From Octopus sinensis (Eukaryota), in NCBI RefSeq assembly GCF_006345805.1, contig NC_043006.1:45632001-45696000 (forward strand): 64,000 bases of DNA, given 5' to 3'. Below the pieces are notes generated by a model that worked only from the letters and a program-made list of their open reading frames with translations, did not search any database and was not told the origin of the DNA. A program made the translations under genes and the position numbers. This document shows positions 62,003-64,000 of this stretch, in pieces; within the stretch, counting starts at the first letter, position 1; each line of letters opens with the position of its first letter.

Positions 62003-62814
62003 AAAGTTTACTGTTATAAGTACATTTGCATTTTACTAAGTATTTTGTCTGATCTTCGTCATTCACCAACCATATCTGTCAAGAAAGAAGAATATTGTTT
62101 ACAAAATAAAAAAAACAAAAACACAAACTCCAAAAACCCTCCCTTGTTTAGTCATCAGTAAATCTAAATTCAATTGTTATATTTTCTTTTCTCCTTCCCC
62201 CTCCGTTTTTTTTTTTTTTTACTTTAATGTCTTTTTTTTTTTTGTTCTTGCTGGAATGATATGAAACTCTATAATGTCTTAGAAAGCAACCTGATCATGT
62301 CTACCAACTATAAACTGGAAAGTTAAGCATTTAGTGCATGACCCATAGATTACTTTTGAAATGTGGTGACGGCGGCAGAGGTGGTGGCAGTGATGGTGTT
62401 GGGGGGGAGGGTAGCGGTGGTGTTATGATTCTTTGTAAGGTGTTCCACTTCAGCGTTTTGACAGAGCCATTATACTGAGAATCTAGGAGGTATGTTGGAG
62501 TTGTTGACAGTGCCAGACTTGGTAATAATAGTGCACAACAGTGTCGACCTGGGGGTTATTCTTGTTGCAAGTAAGTTTATGTAATGTATTTTACAACTGG
62601 CTATGGGTTTGTCATAAACTGAAAACATGGTTGGTGTGTGTGTGTGTGTGGGGGTCTGTGTATGTGTGCATGCGTGCACACATGCATACACAGAAGTTCA
62701 GAGCCAACTCCTTACCTTCAGTCTTAGCAAGCTACCAGTACCCCTCGGGTAGGGCACTTCCAGGCACACATTAGACTGATTGGCTACAGCTAGTTACACC
62801 ATAACAATGACAGA

Positions 62815-63120
62815 TATCATCATCATCATCATCATCAACGTCCACTTTCCATGCTAGCATGAGTTGGACGATTTGACTGAGGACTGGCGAACCAGATGGC
62901 TGCACCAGGCTCCAATCTGATCTGGCAGAGTTTCTATCACTGGTGCCAAGCTGTATCGGCCTTTGCCTTTCCCTTGGATAATACTGGTGGTGTGGAGAGG
63001 GGAGGCTGGTATGCATGGGTGACTGCTGGCCTTCCACAAACAATCTTGCCCAGACTTGTGCCTTGAAGGGTAACTTTCTAGGTGCAATCCCATAGTCACT
63101 CATGACCGAAGGGGGTCTCC
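62815..63120. mobile_element. Chimera of a family D tail (-) and a family C long-variant 3' half (+)
   Basis: Switch at GAGTTTCTA|TCACTGGTGCCAAGC near 62937. Confidence 0.7.
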
Positions 63121-63139
63121 TCAGTCCTCCTCCTAATAA

Positions 63140-63380
63140 TAATAACATTTATTTCTTTATTGCCCACAGGGGGCTAAACATAGAAGGGACAAACAAGGAC
63201 AGACAAATGGATTAAGTCGATTAAATTGACCCCAGTACGCAACTGGTACTTATTTAATTGACCCTGAAAAGGATGAAAGGCAAAGTCAACCTCGGCAGAA
63301 TTTGAACTCAGAATATAGCGGCTGACGAAATACCACTAAGCATTTCGCCTGGCGTGCTAACGTTTCTGCCAGCTCACCAC
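63140..63380 (-). mobile_element. SINE family B
   Basis: Reverse complement of 3290-3520. Confidence 0.87.
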
Positions 63381-64000
63381 CAATAATAATAATAATAATA
63401 TTAATGTTGATTTCAGTAGCAATTATGAAACCATATAAAGAAGAATTAACAAACTTTAGTTTATAGGAATATAAACACAGGTGAATTCAGAAACCCAGTT
63501 TTCAGCAATATCACAAAGTTAAATAAAAAAGATTGTTCACTGTCTGTGTACTGACAATTCTCACACTGCATTACATACATTGAACCAATGTTTCTCAGTC
63601 TGACAAATACTAGAGTATGAGACATTCTTGCACAGCTGTTTTAGACCTGCCTATTTGGCCTCGCTGATTCAATGCTGACTTATTTGACATCAGCTCTTTT
63701 AATGTTTCTCACATTTTTCTGTTTTTCTTTACTCTCTATGTGTGTGAGTTTCTAGCTATATTTAAATGTATATGTAATCTCTATCTCTCATTCTGCTTGT
63801 GTATATTTCTGCATCTGTGTGTGTGTGTGTGTGTGTTTGTCTCTAGTGCTAAAACATTCTGTTGCCAAAACAAGTTGAATGTCCAGTCAACTGTGCCAAA
63901 TTGTCAGCATCTAAATAGCCATGCTCAATTGTGTCATTCTGTAAATACTAGCCATTCCTATCCGAAATGTAGGTAAACTTCTTTGCTCTCATTCTTTATT

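Noticed and set aside
62480-62545. Resemblance of ENLGGM..PDLVIIVH to ribosomal protein S2
   Set aside because: Only a few residues match and the flanks do not; not supportable

Overview
AT-rich, repeat-saturated eukaryotic DNA with no identifiable host gene, rRNA, true tRNA gene or CRISPR array. The SINE families, RTE LINEs and microsatellite load suggest an octopus (cephalopod) intron or intergenic region; this is an inference from pattern recognition and was not searched. Contents: three abundant tRNA-headed SINE families (here A, B, C); many (GAT)n-tailed RTE 3' ends; one 2.3-kb 5'-truncated RTE LINE whose RT carries an inserted PHD finger; other RTE and R4/Dong remnants; mariner, hAT, piggyBac and Helentron-like non-autonomous DNA elements; long microsatellites. 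The main unexplained signal is a set of hammerhead-ribozyme (HHR) motifs from at least five unrelated short repeat families of Penelope/retrozyme type. These include (i) a core-intact type I HHR at 12558-12639 (-) inside a 433-bp unit bounded by an exact 142-bp direct repeat and carrying a predicted GT-AG intron, (ii) a tRNA-headed SINE-like family whose 3' part is an HHR and whose 5' end is palindromic (29751-30070, 61404-61708, 20203-20400), and (iii) fold-back palindromes with outward-facing HHR-like motifs (35655-35832, 49580-49923, 54238-54475). All folds were derived by eye; boundaries of degraded repeats are approximate (+/-10-20 bp).
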